From a virus (taxonomy: Duplodnaviria; Caudoviricetes), in IMG/VR virus record IMGVR_UViG_3300038345_000087, positions 32,001 through 96,000 of that record: a stretch of 64,000 nt of DNA; one strand, given 5' to 3'. Below the pieces are notes generated by a model, which was not told the origin of the DNA, did no database searches, and saw nothing but the letters and a program-made list of their open reading frames with translations. How positions within the stretch are numbered: position 1 is the first letter of the stretch; each line of letters opens with the position of its first letter. The translations under genes were made by a program, and so were the position numbers. This document shows positions 37,519-47,807 of this stretch, piece by piece.

Positions 37519-38277
37519 ATGAGAAATAAAAACTCTATGGCAAATATATATCTACGCATATCGCGTTATGTAGCGGCATTCATGCGTTCCACGGGCGACG
37601 GGCAATCCATGCCTTATAACTCGCCAGTGGAGTTTTCTCCATATACTCCTGAGTATGTAGTCCTCACGAATGGCCTTCGTGTGATTCCAGAAGCACAACA
37701 GCATCGGGCCTCGTGTTACTCTCAGTCTGCATGGAAGAATATGTCACGTGGATGTCTGCCGCAAGGTGGTAAACCTATTCTCTTGCGCGATCCGAAGGAT
37801 TATCTCACCTATGCCGAGATCTGTACGCTGGAGCATCTGCCGAATAAAACAAAAACTGATGCTTATGAGTTTCTTTGCATCAATATACCGCGTGAAATAA
37901 TTGTCGATGGACGGGTGCAAAGAACAACAGCATCACATACTCTTGATACCCGTGCGGCTCAACAACTGCGTAAGATGTTGCGTGAGTCATTCATCCGTAC
38001 ATTTTTGGACTTCGAGACAAGAAACAACCTATTTGCCAAATCGCAAGGCATTCATCGCTCTGGTGTGGAAATCCTCGAACGCTTCTTTATGGAGTACGAC
38101 CTTCCAGTGTCTCATTCTCAGAAAGAACGTGAGTCGTTGCGTCACCTCGTACAAAGATGGAGAAAGGAAGCGGAATACCTGGTGCAATCTCCTCGTATTA
38201 TCAACGATGACTTGGTAACTCGCATCGATGAGCACGAATATACTGGCGGACCTCCAAAGTATGACGATAATGATTGA
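37519..38277 (+). CDS. hypothetical protein
   Basis: 252-aa ORF after TATCTTTG at 37509. Confidence 0.6.
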   Translation: MRNKNSMANIYLRISRYVAAFMRSTGDGQSMPYNSPVEFSPYTPEYVVLTNGLRVIPEAQQHRASCYSQSAWKNMSRGCLPQGGKPILLRDPKDYLTYAEICTLEHLPNKTKTDAYEFLCINIPREIIVDGRVQRTTASHTLDTRAAQQLRKMLRESFIRTFLDFETRNNLFAKSQGIHRSGVEILERFFMEYDLPVSHSQKERESLRHLVQRWRKEAEYLVQSPRIINDDLVTRIDEHEYTGGPPKYDDND

Positions 38278-38419
38278 TTTTTAACGATGTTAAACAAATC
38301 AAATTTGGCTCTTAATAAATGTTAAATAATAGCAATTTTCGTGATTTTTATATTTACAGCGTGTTCCATATCGTTTCAACCCCCTTGTAACTCGGTTTTC
38401 ACTAAAAAGAAATCTCCAC

Positions 38420-38902
38420 ATGAACTGCTCTGAACTCCGCCTATCTGAAATTGTCCGCATAGCCATCTTTCTGGCTTCTGCATCCAATATCTCCGTTCCT
38501 CGAAATGTGTGTTGCAATTCTGTCGCAACGGCTACTCCATTCTCAGGATCGCCAGTATTATCCTTTGCGCTTACTCCTGATACGGAGAATGAAGTGCGTC
38601 TGTCGTTGGTGCCAACTCGTAAAATTACGAACGCACGTCAGGCTGGTGGCACTATATATACACACGACTTGCAAATGTCCGTGGAAAACCCGCCAATATC
38701 GGTGTCTGAGGCTCTTAATGCCCTTGCTGGTAAGGACTTTCACGTGTTATACACTCATGCGGATGGCTCAAAGTCTGTGTCTTACTCTCTTCCTAATGCC
38801 TCCAATATCGACATAGAAGCAAATCTTTCTTCGGTATGCGCGATGACGCTCAAGGCAAAACTCTTATCCATGAGCGATGCTATAACGATTACTACGCCAT
38901 AA
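38420..38902 (+). CDS. hypothetical protein
   Basis: 160-aa ORF upstream of the head genes. Confidence 0.55.
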   Translation: MNCSELRLSEIVRIAIFLASASNISVPRNVCCNSVATATPFSGSPVLSFALTPDTENEVRLSLVPTRKITNARQAGGTIYTHDLQMSVENPPISVSEALNALAGKDFHVLYTHADGSKSVSYSLPNASNIDIEANLSSVCAMTLKAKLLSMSDAITITTP

Positions 38903-38976
38903 TATATATATAATAAGGTATAAGGTATAGCTCATAGTTTTTGGTTATTGATTGATTAGTCTTTAAGGTTAGTGCG

Positions 38977-39008
38977 CCCGCTGGTTCCTTCCAGCGGGTT
39001 TCTTTTTT
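38977..39008 (+). terminator. Intrinsic terminator
   Basis: CCCGCTGG-TTCCTT-CCAGCGGG plus a T tract. Confidence 0.7.
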
Positions 39009-39100
39009 CCATCCCTAAACGCGAATCTATCAACCTTAAACCGTTCCTTTACCCCTTCCGCACATGCGTACCTTTGCGTCGTAATCAATTCGCATTTCGC

Positions 39101-40720
39101 ATGAACGGACTACTCGAAATACTCACTAATAAGGAATGGATGATCTCGCCAGAGTTCGTCCACGCCTCTCGCACGCTGTTCGAGCACAACTTGAACACGC
39201 ATACACCATTTGCAAAGGAGAAGAAACTTCCATACGCTGCCCGTGTGGGAGCTGCAACTTCTTCGGAAGAGTCCCAAGAGTCTGCTGGTTCTACCATCGA
39301 TATTCAGCAATATCAAGTTGGCGAGAATGGTAACGTCGTTGGCTATTATTATCAACTCGGTAATATGGAACAGCCGTTCGTCAACATCATGCCGGTGGAT
39401 GGCCCTATCACTCGAAACGGAGGTGCATGTTCTTATGGATCCGTGGAATTGCGTGATTGGCTCATTCGTGCAGCCAATGACCCAATGTGTCGCGGACATG
39501 TTTTCTATGTTGACACTCCTGGAGGTTCGGCATGGGCTAAAAACGATTTCCAACAGGCTATCGATTATGCACATTCCATGAACCAGAAGGTTATCGCCTT
39601 CATTGACGGACAATGTGCTTCCGCTGGTATGTACCTGGCTTCGCTCTGTGATGAAGTGTATTACATGCACCCGAAAAACCAATTTGGATGTATCGGTGTC
39701 ATGGCTGCATTCTACACAGAAAAGCCGGACACAACCAACAAGTTCACAAACGAGACCTATCGCGAATACTATGACCCTGAATCATACGAGAAGAATCAGT
39801 GGTACCGCGAGATTGAGAAGGATGGCGATGCCACCTTGCTCATTGAAGAACTGAAGGAGTTGGGTGTGGAGTTCCGCGCAGACGTACAAAAGGCTTTCCC
39901 TGCTGCTACCGATGAATATATCCACGGTAAGATTTTCGATGCTGAGAAAGTTGTTGGCATCCTCTGTGACGGACAATCCACCTTTGGCGAAGTCGTTGCA
40001 CGCGCTTTCGCACTTTACGATGGTGCAGAACCGGTCAAGCGCAAAGAGGCAACACCTCCCGCATCTTCTGAAGGTTCTTCTGATGGTGATGCCTCAGAAG
40101 GTAATGCTACAGTTCCCGCCGCTTCTGCGGAGGGTTCCAAAGAGAACAACCAAAATAGTAATAACCCCCAAAATCAAGAAAACATGAAGAAGTACGAATC
40201 TATCGCTGCTGCTTGTGGCGTGGACGAACTGGTCGTGACGGAGGAAGGTTCACACTTCGTTCCTGAAATGCTCGACCAACTCGAAGCATCACTGGCTACG
40301 GCTTCTACTGAAAAGCAGAACGCCGAAAAGCGTGCCGATGACCTTCAGGCTAAACTTGATGCTGCTGCAACCGAACAGACGGAGGCGGTCAACAACAAGG
40401 AGAAAGAACTGAACGAGGCACATGAGACTGTCGTAAACAACCTGAACACCGAGAAGGCTCAGTTGGAAAAAGATCTTGCTGACGCTCGCAAGGCGAAAGA
40501 GGATGCTGAGAAGGCTCTTGAAACAGCCAATCAGACCATCAAAGACCAGACGGCTCAGATTGAATCGCTCACTACCGCCGCCGCTGCAATGCACGACGAA
40601 GGCGCAAAGAACAACGGTCAAGGTGCTGCTGCCGAGGAGCCTAAGTGTGCCATGCCTGAGTATGACCACACAAAGTCTCCGCTCGAAAACGCTCGCATCC
40701 GTAAGGCTGCTGGCTTCTAA
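39101..40720 (+). CDS. S49-family prohead protease fused to a coiled-coil scaffold-like region
   Basis: VDTPGG, CASAGMYLAS, GCIGV; C-terminal coiled coil; precedes the capsid gene. Confidence 0.8.
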   Translation: MNGLLEILTNKEWMISPEFVHASRTLFEHNLNTHTPFAKEKKLPYAARVGAATSSEESQESAGSTIDIQQYQVGENGNVVGYYYQLGNMEQPFVNIMPVDGPITRNGGACSYGSVELRDWLIRAANDPMCRGHVFYVDTPGGSAWAKNDFQQAIDYAHSMNQKVIAFIDGQCASAGMYLASLCDEVYYMHPKNQFGCIGVMAAFYTEKPDTTNKFTNETYREYYDPESYEKNQWYREIEKDGDATLLIEELKELGVEFRADVQKAFPAATDEYIHGKIFDAEKVVGILCDGQSTFGEVVARAFALYDGAEPVKRKEATPPASSEGSSDGDASEGNATVPAASAEGSKENNQNSNNPQNQENMKKYESIAAACGVDELVVTEEGSHFVPEMLDQLEASLATASTEKQNAEKRADDLQAKLDAAATEQTEAVNNKEKELNEAHETVVNNLNTEKAQLEKDLADARKAKEDAEKALETANQTIKDQTAQIESLTTAAAAMHDEGAKNNGQGAAAEEPKCAMPEYDHTKSPLENARIRKAAGF

Positions 40721-40766
40721 GCTAAACCAAACGTAAGTTAGTAATAAACCCAAAATCTCAAACATT

Positions 40767-42041
40767 ATGCCAAATCAAGCTCCCGTTTTCATCGGCAAAG
40801 AGGCTCTTACGCACGTTGCCGAGACTGTAGGCAAACAGATCATCATGGGTCCTGCCTACAACGACCCTGAACTGCTCGACCGCTTGGGCATTCAGGTGAT
40901 TTCTGGTGTGCAGTTTAAGAAAACTGACCACCTGCTCGTTCGCAAGGGTGGCACCACACGCCGTAAGGTGGTTGGTACTCCCGTAGAGAACAAGATTGGC
41001 TTCCTCAAGGAACGCACGCTCGTCGCAAAGCTGACCTGGAACCGTTACAAGGACAACATCGACAACTATGTTGAGACTGTCTTTGGTACGGACGGTAAGC
41101 CTGGTGGCGACTACCCATTCTCTACGATTGCGGCTACCGCTATTCTGGCTTCCTATGCCGAGGATCTTCAGGCATGTCTCTTCTTCGGCGACATGTCATT
41201 GGAGAATGACCCCGACGAGGCAAAGCAGAAGCTCTCTCTCTACGATGGTTTCCACACCGACATGGCAAAGGACATGGAGGAGGGTATCATCAGTGCCGAG
41301 AACAAGAACCTCATCCCTTGCGACGCTATCGCTGCTCCTACCAACGCTCACGACTCCACTCCGTTCGACACGGTGCTGGAATGGTACACCAAGTGGGATG
41401 CTCGTCTGCGCCAGCAGAAGGATGTGCGTCTCGTCTGCGACATCTTGCGCGGTATCTATATCGCACAGGGCTATGCCAACAAGTACCACGGCAACAGCAA
41501 GGTGAAGTACCTCGACAATGGCAACTTCACTGTGCCTGAAATGCCTCGCGTGCAGTTCGTTCCTACCGACGCTTGGGGTGTTGGAACTCGCCTCGCTGCT
41601 TGGATCCCCAACAACCTCCAGTATGGTGTTGACTCTGAGAGCAACCAGAGCTTCGTCAAGACGCAGTTCGGCTCCGATGACGATGCTCAGGACGTAATCT
41701 TCCAGATTCAGTCCATCCAGGGCACTCGTCTGATGAACCCGCTCTCCAGCGCATTCGTGATGACGAACGGCTCTATCGCTGAGAACGTCATCAACGGCGA
41801 CTACACCAACTCCAAGTTGGTTGTCAACGTAGATCCTAATGCTGGTGGCACCGTGACTGTCAACGGCGAAGCCTACACCGAACCCGTAGAGTTCGCTGCT
41901 AACGACATCATCACACTCGTGGCTACTCCTGCCGAGGGCAAGCACTTCAAGTCTTGGTCTAATGGCAAGACTACTGCGACCATCACAGTAACGGCTACGG
42001 GTCTGCCTATGGCTCTCACTGCGTTCTTCGAGAACAACTAA
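40767..42041 (+). CDS. Major capsid protein with C-terminal Ig-like/InlB-B-type domain
   Basis: Follows the protease; strongly C-ending codon bias; C-terminus GGTVTVNG...ITLVATPAEGKHFKSWSNG. Confidence 0.7.
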   Translation: MPNQAPVFIGKEALTHVAETVGKQIIMGPAYNDPELLDRLGIQVISGVQFKKTDHLLVRKGGTTRRKVVGTPVENKIGFLKERTLVAKLTWNRYKDNIDNYVETVFGTDGKPGGDYPFSTIAATAILASYAEDLQACLFFGDMSLENDPDEAKQKLSLYDGFHTDMAKDMEEGIISAENKNLIPCDAIAAPTNAHDSTPFDTVLEWYTKWDARLRQQKDVRLVCDILRGIYIAQGYANKYHGNSKVKYLDNGNFTVPEMPRVQFVPTDAWGVGTRLAAWIPNNLQYGVDSESNQSFVKTQFGSDDDAQDVIFQIQSIQGTRLMNPLSSAFVMTNGSIAENVINGDYTNSKLVVNVDPNAGGTVTVNGEAYTEPVEFAANDIITLVATPAEGKHFKSWSNGKTTATITVTATGLPMALTAFFENN

Positions 42042-42133
42042 ACCCTTGGGGAGTGTGCGGCGTGGTTATGCCACGCCGACCTCCTCCCCATGATTCTGTA
42101 ATCGAAATTATCAACTCGTAAATTTATAAGATT

Positions 42134-42694
42134 ATGCCTACACCTACTGTTACATGTCCCACGCTGACTGACTTCCTCAATGAGGAACAGTGCTTGGAGA
42201 ACATCGCTGGTACAAGTGCTATCGCATATTACTTTGTCAAGAGCGATTTGGCTGCGCCTCTCACTCGTTCTGGCTGCGTATATTCGACTCCCACTTTCAA
42301 GACTGGCAAGGGTCTCTACAAGTTCGACCTCAAGGACGGCTCACAGAAGATCGAAGGCGAGAGCCAGGGCAACAACAAGGGTTTCAACCTGACTTACGAC
42401 GCTGTGCTTGACGCAGTGAACAAGAAGGCTGCTGAACTCTCTCGTGCGCTCAACAATCTCGACATCGGTATCATCGTGCCTGACAACGAGGACACACAGA
42501 TCATGTATGACCCCAACCATCGTGTGAAATGCGATACCGGCGGTATCAAATCGACCACGGGTGCCGCTCCTGGCGATGAGCGCAACACGACGTTGCAGTT
42601 CAAGCTCGAAGGTGTCCACTACGACAACCTGTATGTCACTCCTCCTTCTGCTGAAGGTGGTTGGGATTCTCTGCTCGCATCCGCTGGTTCTTAA
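42134..42694 (+). CDS. Putative major tail (tube) protein
   Basis: High-expression codon bias; follows the capsid gene. Confidence 0.45.
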   Translation: MPTPTVTCPTLTDFLNEEQCLENIAGTSAIAYYFVKSDLAAPLTRSGCVYSTPTFKTGKGLYKFDLKDGSQKIEGESQGNNKGFNLTYDAVLDAVNKKAAELSRALNNLDIGIIVPDNEDTQIMYDPNHRVKCDTGGIKSTTGAAPGDERNTTLQFKLEGVHYDNLYVTPPSAEGGWDSLLASAGS

Positions 42695-42760
42695 TTCGCG
42701 TTCGACCAAAGAAACGCTTGTACTCGTTACCCCCTCGGCTTTCTGCCGCTCCTATCAATG

Positions 42761-42791
42761 CCCGCTGGTTCATACCAGCGGGTTTTCTTTT
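42761..42791 (+). terminator. Intrinsic terminator
   Basis: CCCGCTGG-TTCATA-CCAGCGGG plus a T tract. Confidence 0.7.
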
Positions 42792-42827
42792 GTAACCGTA
42801 TTCATTTTCGGGGAAAATCCCCTAAAA

Positions 42828-42863
42828 TTGTTCCGCTACACAAAATCCCCCGTTTTACCTTTG
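42828..42863 (+). promoter_or_regulatory. Putative late promoter TTGTTCCG-N20-TACCTTTG
   Basis: Same motif and spacing. Confidence 0.65.
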
Positions 42864-42907
42864 CGTCAGTAATTCATAAATTCATTAAATCATTCATTCA
42901 TCATTTC

Positions 42908-44095
42908 ATGGAAACAAAACTTTTTACCCAACTTTCGGCTACCGAGAAACAGACGTGGCTCGAAAACTATCAGACATGGCTCACTAAACTTCCAGCCATT
43001 GAAAAGGCGACTAACATCACCTCTACTCTTCGTGCTGACATCGAAGAAGGTTTAACCCTCCTGGCTGCATTTCCTTACTGCCGTTCGTTTGTGGCTGAAG
43101 CATTCCGTTTCAAGGATTACAAGTACCGCCTCAAACTGATTCGTCGCTATGCCGACCAAGTAACGGCTGACGCAAAAGAAATCATGCAGAAAACCATTGA
43201 CCTTTCTGATCCATCCCTGCTTGTGCCTCATGTTGGCCGTCCCACCAAGGAGGAAGCCGCTGCTCGTGCCATGAAAGCAGAACAGGAACGTATCGAGAAG
43301 GAGGCGAACGAAGAAACGCTATTCGGTAAGAAGGCTGACATCCCAACCGTGGAACCAGCGGCTCCCGCTACGGTGTCTGGTTCACTCATCGGCGATGCCC
43401 GTCTGCATCTGGATCAGTTGAAGTGGTTGCTCTCCCCTACTCTGCAAGAGGCTGTGGATAGTGTTCACGAACTCCGCACCAAAGCCGCCGAAGCAGCTAC
43501 CATCGCAAAGCAGATGGCAACGGACGGCAAACCTGAGAAGGATATAGAACCGTTTGCTCAGGAGGCGGCTGAAAAGACTGAGGCGTATGAAAACATCTAT
43601 GCTCGTGTAGATGACGAAATGGCTCGCGTTTATGTCCGTTTGAAGGAGGATAAGACTTTCATCGCATCTATTCAGGCAAAGAAGATTGACCCGTCTGAAC
43701 TGCGTACCATGTTGCGCCCATATTGGGACAAACTGGAAGATGGAGATAAGGAGAAGGTGAAGAATGAGGTCATAGACTTCATCAAGGCTAACGACCCCGA
43801 ACAGGCTGCTATCCGCGAGAAGGAGGAGAAGAAGAAAAAGGCTGCTGCCGATATCATCAAATACCTCCAGCGCAAGGATAAGGTGAATACGGAAAAACGT
43901 ATTGCTGGAATGAAGGCAAAATTCGAGGAACTGAAGGCTCTCATTGGTGAGGAAGAAGCGAACATTTATCTTCCAGTGCTCAATGCGGCCATTGAGGATT
44001 ACGAAAAGAACGTGAAGCCGAAGAAGGAGGCTGATAAGGCCGAGAAGGAGGCTAAAAAGGCCGCAAAGACAGCGGAAAAGAAAGATAAAAAGTAG
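42908..44095 (+). CDS. hypothetical charged helical protein
   Basis: Long ORF; ATG at 42908. Confidence 0.65.
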   Translation: METKLFTQLSATEKQTWLENYQTWLTKLPAIEKATNITSTLRADIEEGLTLLAAFPYCRSFVAEAFRFKDYKYRLKLIRRYADQVTADAKEIMQKTIDLSDPSLLVPHVGRPTKEEAAARAMKAEQERIEKEANEETLFGKKADIPTVEPAAPATVSGSLIGDARLHLDQLKWLLSPTLQEAVDSVHELRTKAAEAATIAKQMATDGKPEKDIEPFAQEAAEKTEAYENIYARVDDEMARVYVRLKEDKTFIASIQAKKIDPSELRTMLRPYWDKLEDGDKEKVKNEVIDFIKANDPEQAAIREKEEKKKKAAADIIKYLQRKDKVNTEKRIAGMKAKFEELKALIGEEEANIYLPVLNAAIEDYEKNVKPKKEADKAEKEAKKAAKTAEKKDKK

Positions 44096-44100
44096 TGCTC

Positions 44101-44832
44101 ATGTCTAAGCCTTCACCTCAATACTTCGACCTCGTGGAACGCTGGATATTGGGCGGTGTGACCATCGAAAAGGTGATCATGTCGCCCGACCAGCGGTACC
44201 GCGCTCTTGCTGCCTACGAAGCATACCAGATTTGGCTTCAGGACAAACAAATCCGTCCGACGGACATCATGCGTCGCATCGCAGCTCGCGAATACCCTAT
44301 CATTCTCAAAAAAGCGGAATCCGGCGACCCGACGGCTCAGGAGTATGTGCGTGCCTTAAATCTTGTACCAGGCAAACAACGTACCATTACGGAGATATCC
44401 AATGACGTGGCTCTCTTTAATCACCTCATTGGCGTTTTTGACACGCCAACGGAGAATATCGAGAAGGCAAAGGTGATGGATGCCTCAGACTGGCTTATTC
44501 GGGAAGGGATGAAAATGGGTGATGCCCGCGCCGTAAAGTCTGGTGCGGACATCAAAATGCAGATGAACAATAACTTCCAAGAGAAGGAATCACCGACCGA
44601 CCAAATGCCGAACGTGGAAATCAATATCACTGGCGATGTATCTGTTATCAAGCGTGACCGTGTGAACTACACTGATGAGGAGAAAAAGAAGTATGCACGT
44701 CAATATGGACTCACTCAAAAACAGGTGCAGGAACTCGTACAGCAGCCAGACGGCTCATGGGAAATTCCGTCAGACAATGCAGAACCGAATCCAGACCTAA
44801 ATCCTGATATTTTCATAGCCAATGAAGAATAG
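44101..44832 (+). CDS. Putative terminase small subunit
   Basis: Overlaps the start of the large subunit; positional inference only. Confidence 0.4.
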   Translation: MSKPSPQYFDLVERWILGGVTIEKVIMSPDQRYRALAAYEAYQIWLQDKQIRPTDIMRRIAAREYPIILKKAESGDPTAQEYVRALNLVPGKQRTITEISNDVALFNHLIGVFDTPTENIEKAKVMDASDWLIREGMKMGDARAVKSGADIKMQMNNNFQEKESPTDQMPNVEINITGDVSVIKRDRVNYTDEEKKKYARQYGLTQKQVQELVQQPDGSWEIPSDNAEPNPDLNPDIFIANEE

Positions 44833-46816
44833 CCGTCGTGATGTATATATGAACGCGATGCAGCAACGCATCTACTATTCCAATGCCCGTGATGTGCGGT
44901 TGTTGGCTTCGCGTCGTTTTGGAAAGACAGACGGCTCTATCGGTCCTCGTATTTACCGTGTCAGTATGTCGATGGAACGAGCAACGAACATCTGGCTTGG
45001 TAATAGTCGTAAGCAGCTCTACACTCGTACAGTCCCTGGCACTATCGCGGCCATTGAGCGTTTCTTCGGGCTTCAGGAAGGAAGGCATTTTGGATGGGGG
45101 AAACCGCCTCGATGGGTGCCAGACCCTATCATCAAACCTAAGACATGGGATAATATAGTGTGGTTCGCAAACGGAACGATATGGCAACTTGTGTCACTCG
45201 GTGTCACAGGTTCTGCCAACTCTATTACGGCAAATTCCATCGTGGGCGATGAGTGTAAATTCATGTCTAAGGCTAAGATTGATGGTGAGGTAATGGCGGC
45301 TTTGTCAGGTATTGTGCATCCGCTTGGAGATCCTGCATTTACCGAAAACAATCCTCTCTTCAAATCCACCTTCTTCGCTTCTGATGCCTCGCTGACGGTC
45401 AAAGGAAACTGGCTTGAAAAGGAAGAGAAAAAATTGGAAGCACACCCCGAAAATGGTCCTTTCCAGAAGATGTCATACCGTGCCATCCAAGAGGAATTGA
45501 CGGCGTATGCGGAGAAAGTGATGTTTTACAATGAACTTCTCAGAAACGCAAAACGTGATAATTGCAAGATTCAGGTGCTTCGTGCAGAACAGATAGCTGC
45601 TGTTCGGGCGAAGGCTGAAGCAATGATGAACCATGAAGGCCCGTTCCGCATCCTTCCTAACTATGGCCGGCGCATCAATAAAGCGATGTTGGATCAGTGT
45701 ATCGCATACAAACTGATTACACCCGATGAAGCGGAATTGCTATTCTGCCATCAATATCTCATCACGCCTGAACAGGATTTTGAATTGCAGATGATAGCAA
45801 ATTCAAAGTCTTATCAGAAGCGCATCCGTGAATTACAATGTAATGCTTTTACGTTCTGGCGCGGCACAACGCTTGACAATATCGACCTCCTTGGGGATGC
45901 TTACATCGCAAAGATGAAGCGTGATCTTCCACCTATCGTCTTTGCCATTTCTATCTTGAACCTTAAACAGGCAAAATGTAACGATGGCTTCTATTCCAAT
46001 CTTGATATAGAGAATGTTCATGGCTACATTCCTGAAGAATGTCCGGCCATTGAACAGCAGATGACAAAGCGCACGGCTTCTACTATCCACGGAGGACAGC
46101 AGATAGATATGGAGTATGAGACTCCTGATTTCGGAGAACTCCAGAAGTTGAAGGATTGCACGCTGGATGGTGATGTGGTGGATGCCCTGCCGCTTTATAT
46201 CGCGATGGATTATAACGCTAACATCAACTGGATTGTCACAGGACAAATGTACCGACGTGATAATCAGGAATGCCTTAATGTCATTTCTTCCATGTTTGTA
46301 AAGAATGAACGCAAACTTCGGGAATTGGCGGGTGACTGGCACCATTATTATAAACCGAAAATGGGTAAGTGCCGTGATGTGGTCTTTTTCTATGACTCTA
46401 CGGCAAAGTTCCGTGGATATGCCATTGAAGGGGCTGAGGACTTCAAGGATGTCATCATCAATAGTCTTACATCTTTTGGCTGGAATGTACGACCTGTTCC
46501 TATGGGTGCTCCGTTTGAACATGAAATGAAATATAAGGAAATCAACGAAGCCCTTGCTGGTCTCTCCTACCCCGCTATCCGCTTTAATCGTGATAATAAT
46601 GAGGCTCTGATTGTCGCGCTTCAGACAGCAGAGGTTTCCATCGGTTATAAAGGTTTCCGCAAATCAAAAGCGGGTGAAAAACTCTCCGAGGATGCTGACG
46701 ATGCGGTACGTCTTGAATACCGAACAGACGGGACGGATGCTTTTGACACACTTTTCATCGGAGTTAAGCATTTCCTCAACTCTATGTCTGGACTGTGCCT
46801 ACCTCTTGGAGATTGA
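44822..46816 (+). CDS. Terminase large subunit
   Basis: Walker A ASRRFGKT, Walker B VGDECK, nuclease motifs AMDYN and DGTDAFD. Confidence 0.85.
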   Translation: MKNSRRDVYMNAMQQRIYYSNARDVRLLASRRFGKTDGSIGPRIYRVSMSMERATNIWLGNSRKQLYTRTVPGTIAAIERFFGLQEGRHFGWGKPPRWVPDPIIKPKTWDNIVWFANGTIWQLVSLGVTGSANSITANSIVGDECKFMSKAKIDGEVMAALSGIVHPLGDPAFTENNPLFKSTFFASDASLTVKGNWLEKEEKKLEAHPENGPFQKMSYRAIQEELTAYAEKVMFYNELLRNAKRDNCKIQVLRAEQIAAVRAKAEAMMNHEGPFRILPNYGRRINKAMLDQCIAYKLITPDEAELLFCHQYLITPEQDFELQMIANSKSYQKRIRELQCNAFTFWRGTTLDNIDLLGDAYIAKMKRDLPPIVFAISILNLKQAKCNDGFYSNLDIENVHGYIPEECPAIEQQMTKRTASTIHGGQQIDMEYETPDFGELQKLKDCTLDGDVVDALPLYIAMDYNANINWIVTGQMYRRDNQECLNVISSMFVKNERKLRELAGDWHHYYKPKMGKCRDVVFFYDSTAKFRGYAIEGAEDFKDVIINSLTSFGWNVRPVPMGAPFEHEMKYKEINEALAGLSYPAIRFNRDNNEALIVALQTAEVSIGYKGFRKSKAGEKLSEDADDAVRLEYRTDGTDAFDTLFIGVKHFLNSMSGLCLPLGD

Positions 46817-46824
46817 AAAATCAT

Positions 46825-46860
46825 TTGTTCCGCTCGCCTTTCTGGTACGATGTATCTTTG
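46825..46860 (+). promoter_or_regulatory. Putative late promoter TTGTTCCG-N20-TATCTTTG
   Basis: Same motif and spacing. Confidence 0.7.
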
Positions 46861-46899
46861 CTTCCGTAATTAAAATAACTCCCCTAAAATGGTTTCGAC

Positions 46900-47361
46900 A
46901 TGACAGCCATCGATTTTTACTACCACACTGAAGATAGCAATTTCTATTCTTCAACACTTGAAGGTGGTGTGAACGTACAACTGACGTTTAACACTCCGAA
47001 CCCTGTTCGCGTCACACTGGAAACTCGTCTTGACGAAGATTTGCCTTGGACGTTTATGCGCACAATGATGGCTTCTGAAAGCCTCTTGTTTTCACTCTCT
47101 CGATATGCCGAAGGGCAGCAGTTCCGCGTTCGTTGTTCCGTTCGTCCGGCTACAGCAAACCATTCTCCGATTGACCCTGGTGCAGTACCTACGGATGAAG
47201 AATTTAATGAATTGACGCAGAGAGTGGTTGATCTCGAAGAGGGAAACGAACCCCTGGTGCTTTCTATCAATCCTGAGACGGGAAATCTCGAACAGGAAGG
47301 TGTTTCTTCTGGCACATTCTCTATCGACACCGAAACAGGACACCTCTGTTTTGAAAGTTAG
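46900..47361 (+). CDS. Putative tail-associated protein
   Basis: Context; C-terminal INPETGNL/IDTETGHL repeat. Confidence 0.45.
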   Translation: MTAIDFYYHTEDSNFYSSTLEGGVNVQLTFNTPNPVRVTLETRLDEDLPWTFMRTMMASESLLFSLSRYAEGQQFRVRCSVRPATANHSPIDPGAVPTDEEFNELTQRVVDLEEGNEPLVLSINPETGNLEQEGVSSGTFSIDTETGHLCFES

Positions 47362-47385
47362 TAAATCTCTAAATAGTATATCATC

Positions 47386-47763
47386 ATGCCTACAAAGAAG
47401 ATTATCGGTCGAATTATTCCCTTCTCGCGTGGGGAGTATGACGCTACCTACAATTATGACGTGTTAGACCAGGTACAATCGGCTACGGCTATTTACCAGT
47501 CTCGTAAACCAAACAATCTCGGACACCCCGTGACTGACACGGAATGGTGGACGAAGTACTTTGACGTTGGCGCGGCTATTGAAGCGGCCACTTCACAAGA
47601 GACTCCTGAAGCTCAGTCTGGTGCGGTGGTGCGTCGTATCATGGCAATCGATCAGAACGGACAGCCTTGTTCCATCACGCCCGCTGTTCTGGTGAACTAC
47701 GTGCTTGAAAACCTCCTGTCTTACGACCTTTTGGCCATCGAGCGTAACAACAACGACGATTAA
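47386..47763 (+). CDS. Putative tail-associated protein
   Basis: RGEYDATYNYDVLDQV...HPVTDTEWW module; context. Confidence 0.45.
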   Translation: MPTKKIIGRIIPFSRGEYDATYNYDVLDQVQSATAIYQSRKPNNLGHPVTDTEWWTKYFDVGAAIEAATSQETPEAQSGAVVRRIMAIDQNGQPCSITPAVLVNYVLENLLSYDLLAIERNNNDD

Positions 47764-47807
47764 AGTACTGTGCCCCGTGGTTTACTCACGAGGATAAAGA
47801 TTAGAAT

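Noticed and set aside
24927-38920. ATATATATAATAAGGTA at about 24927 and 38904
   Set aside because: Low complexity and only two copies; no function can be supported.
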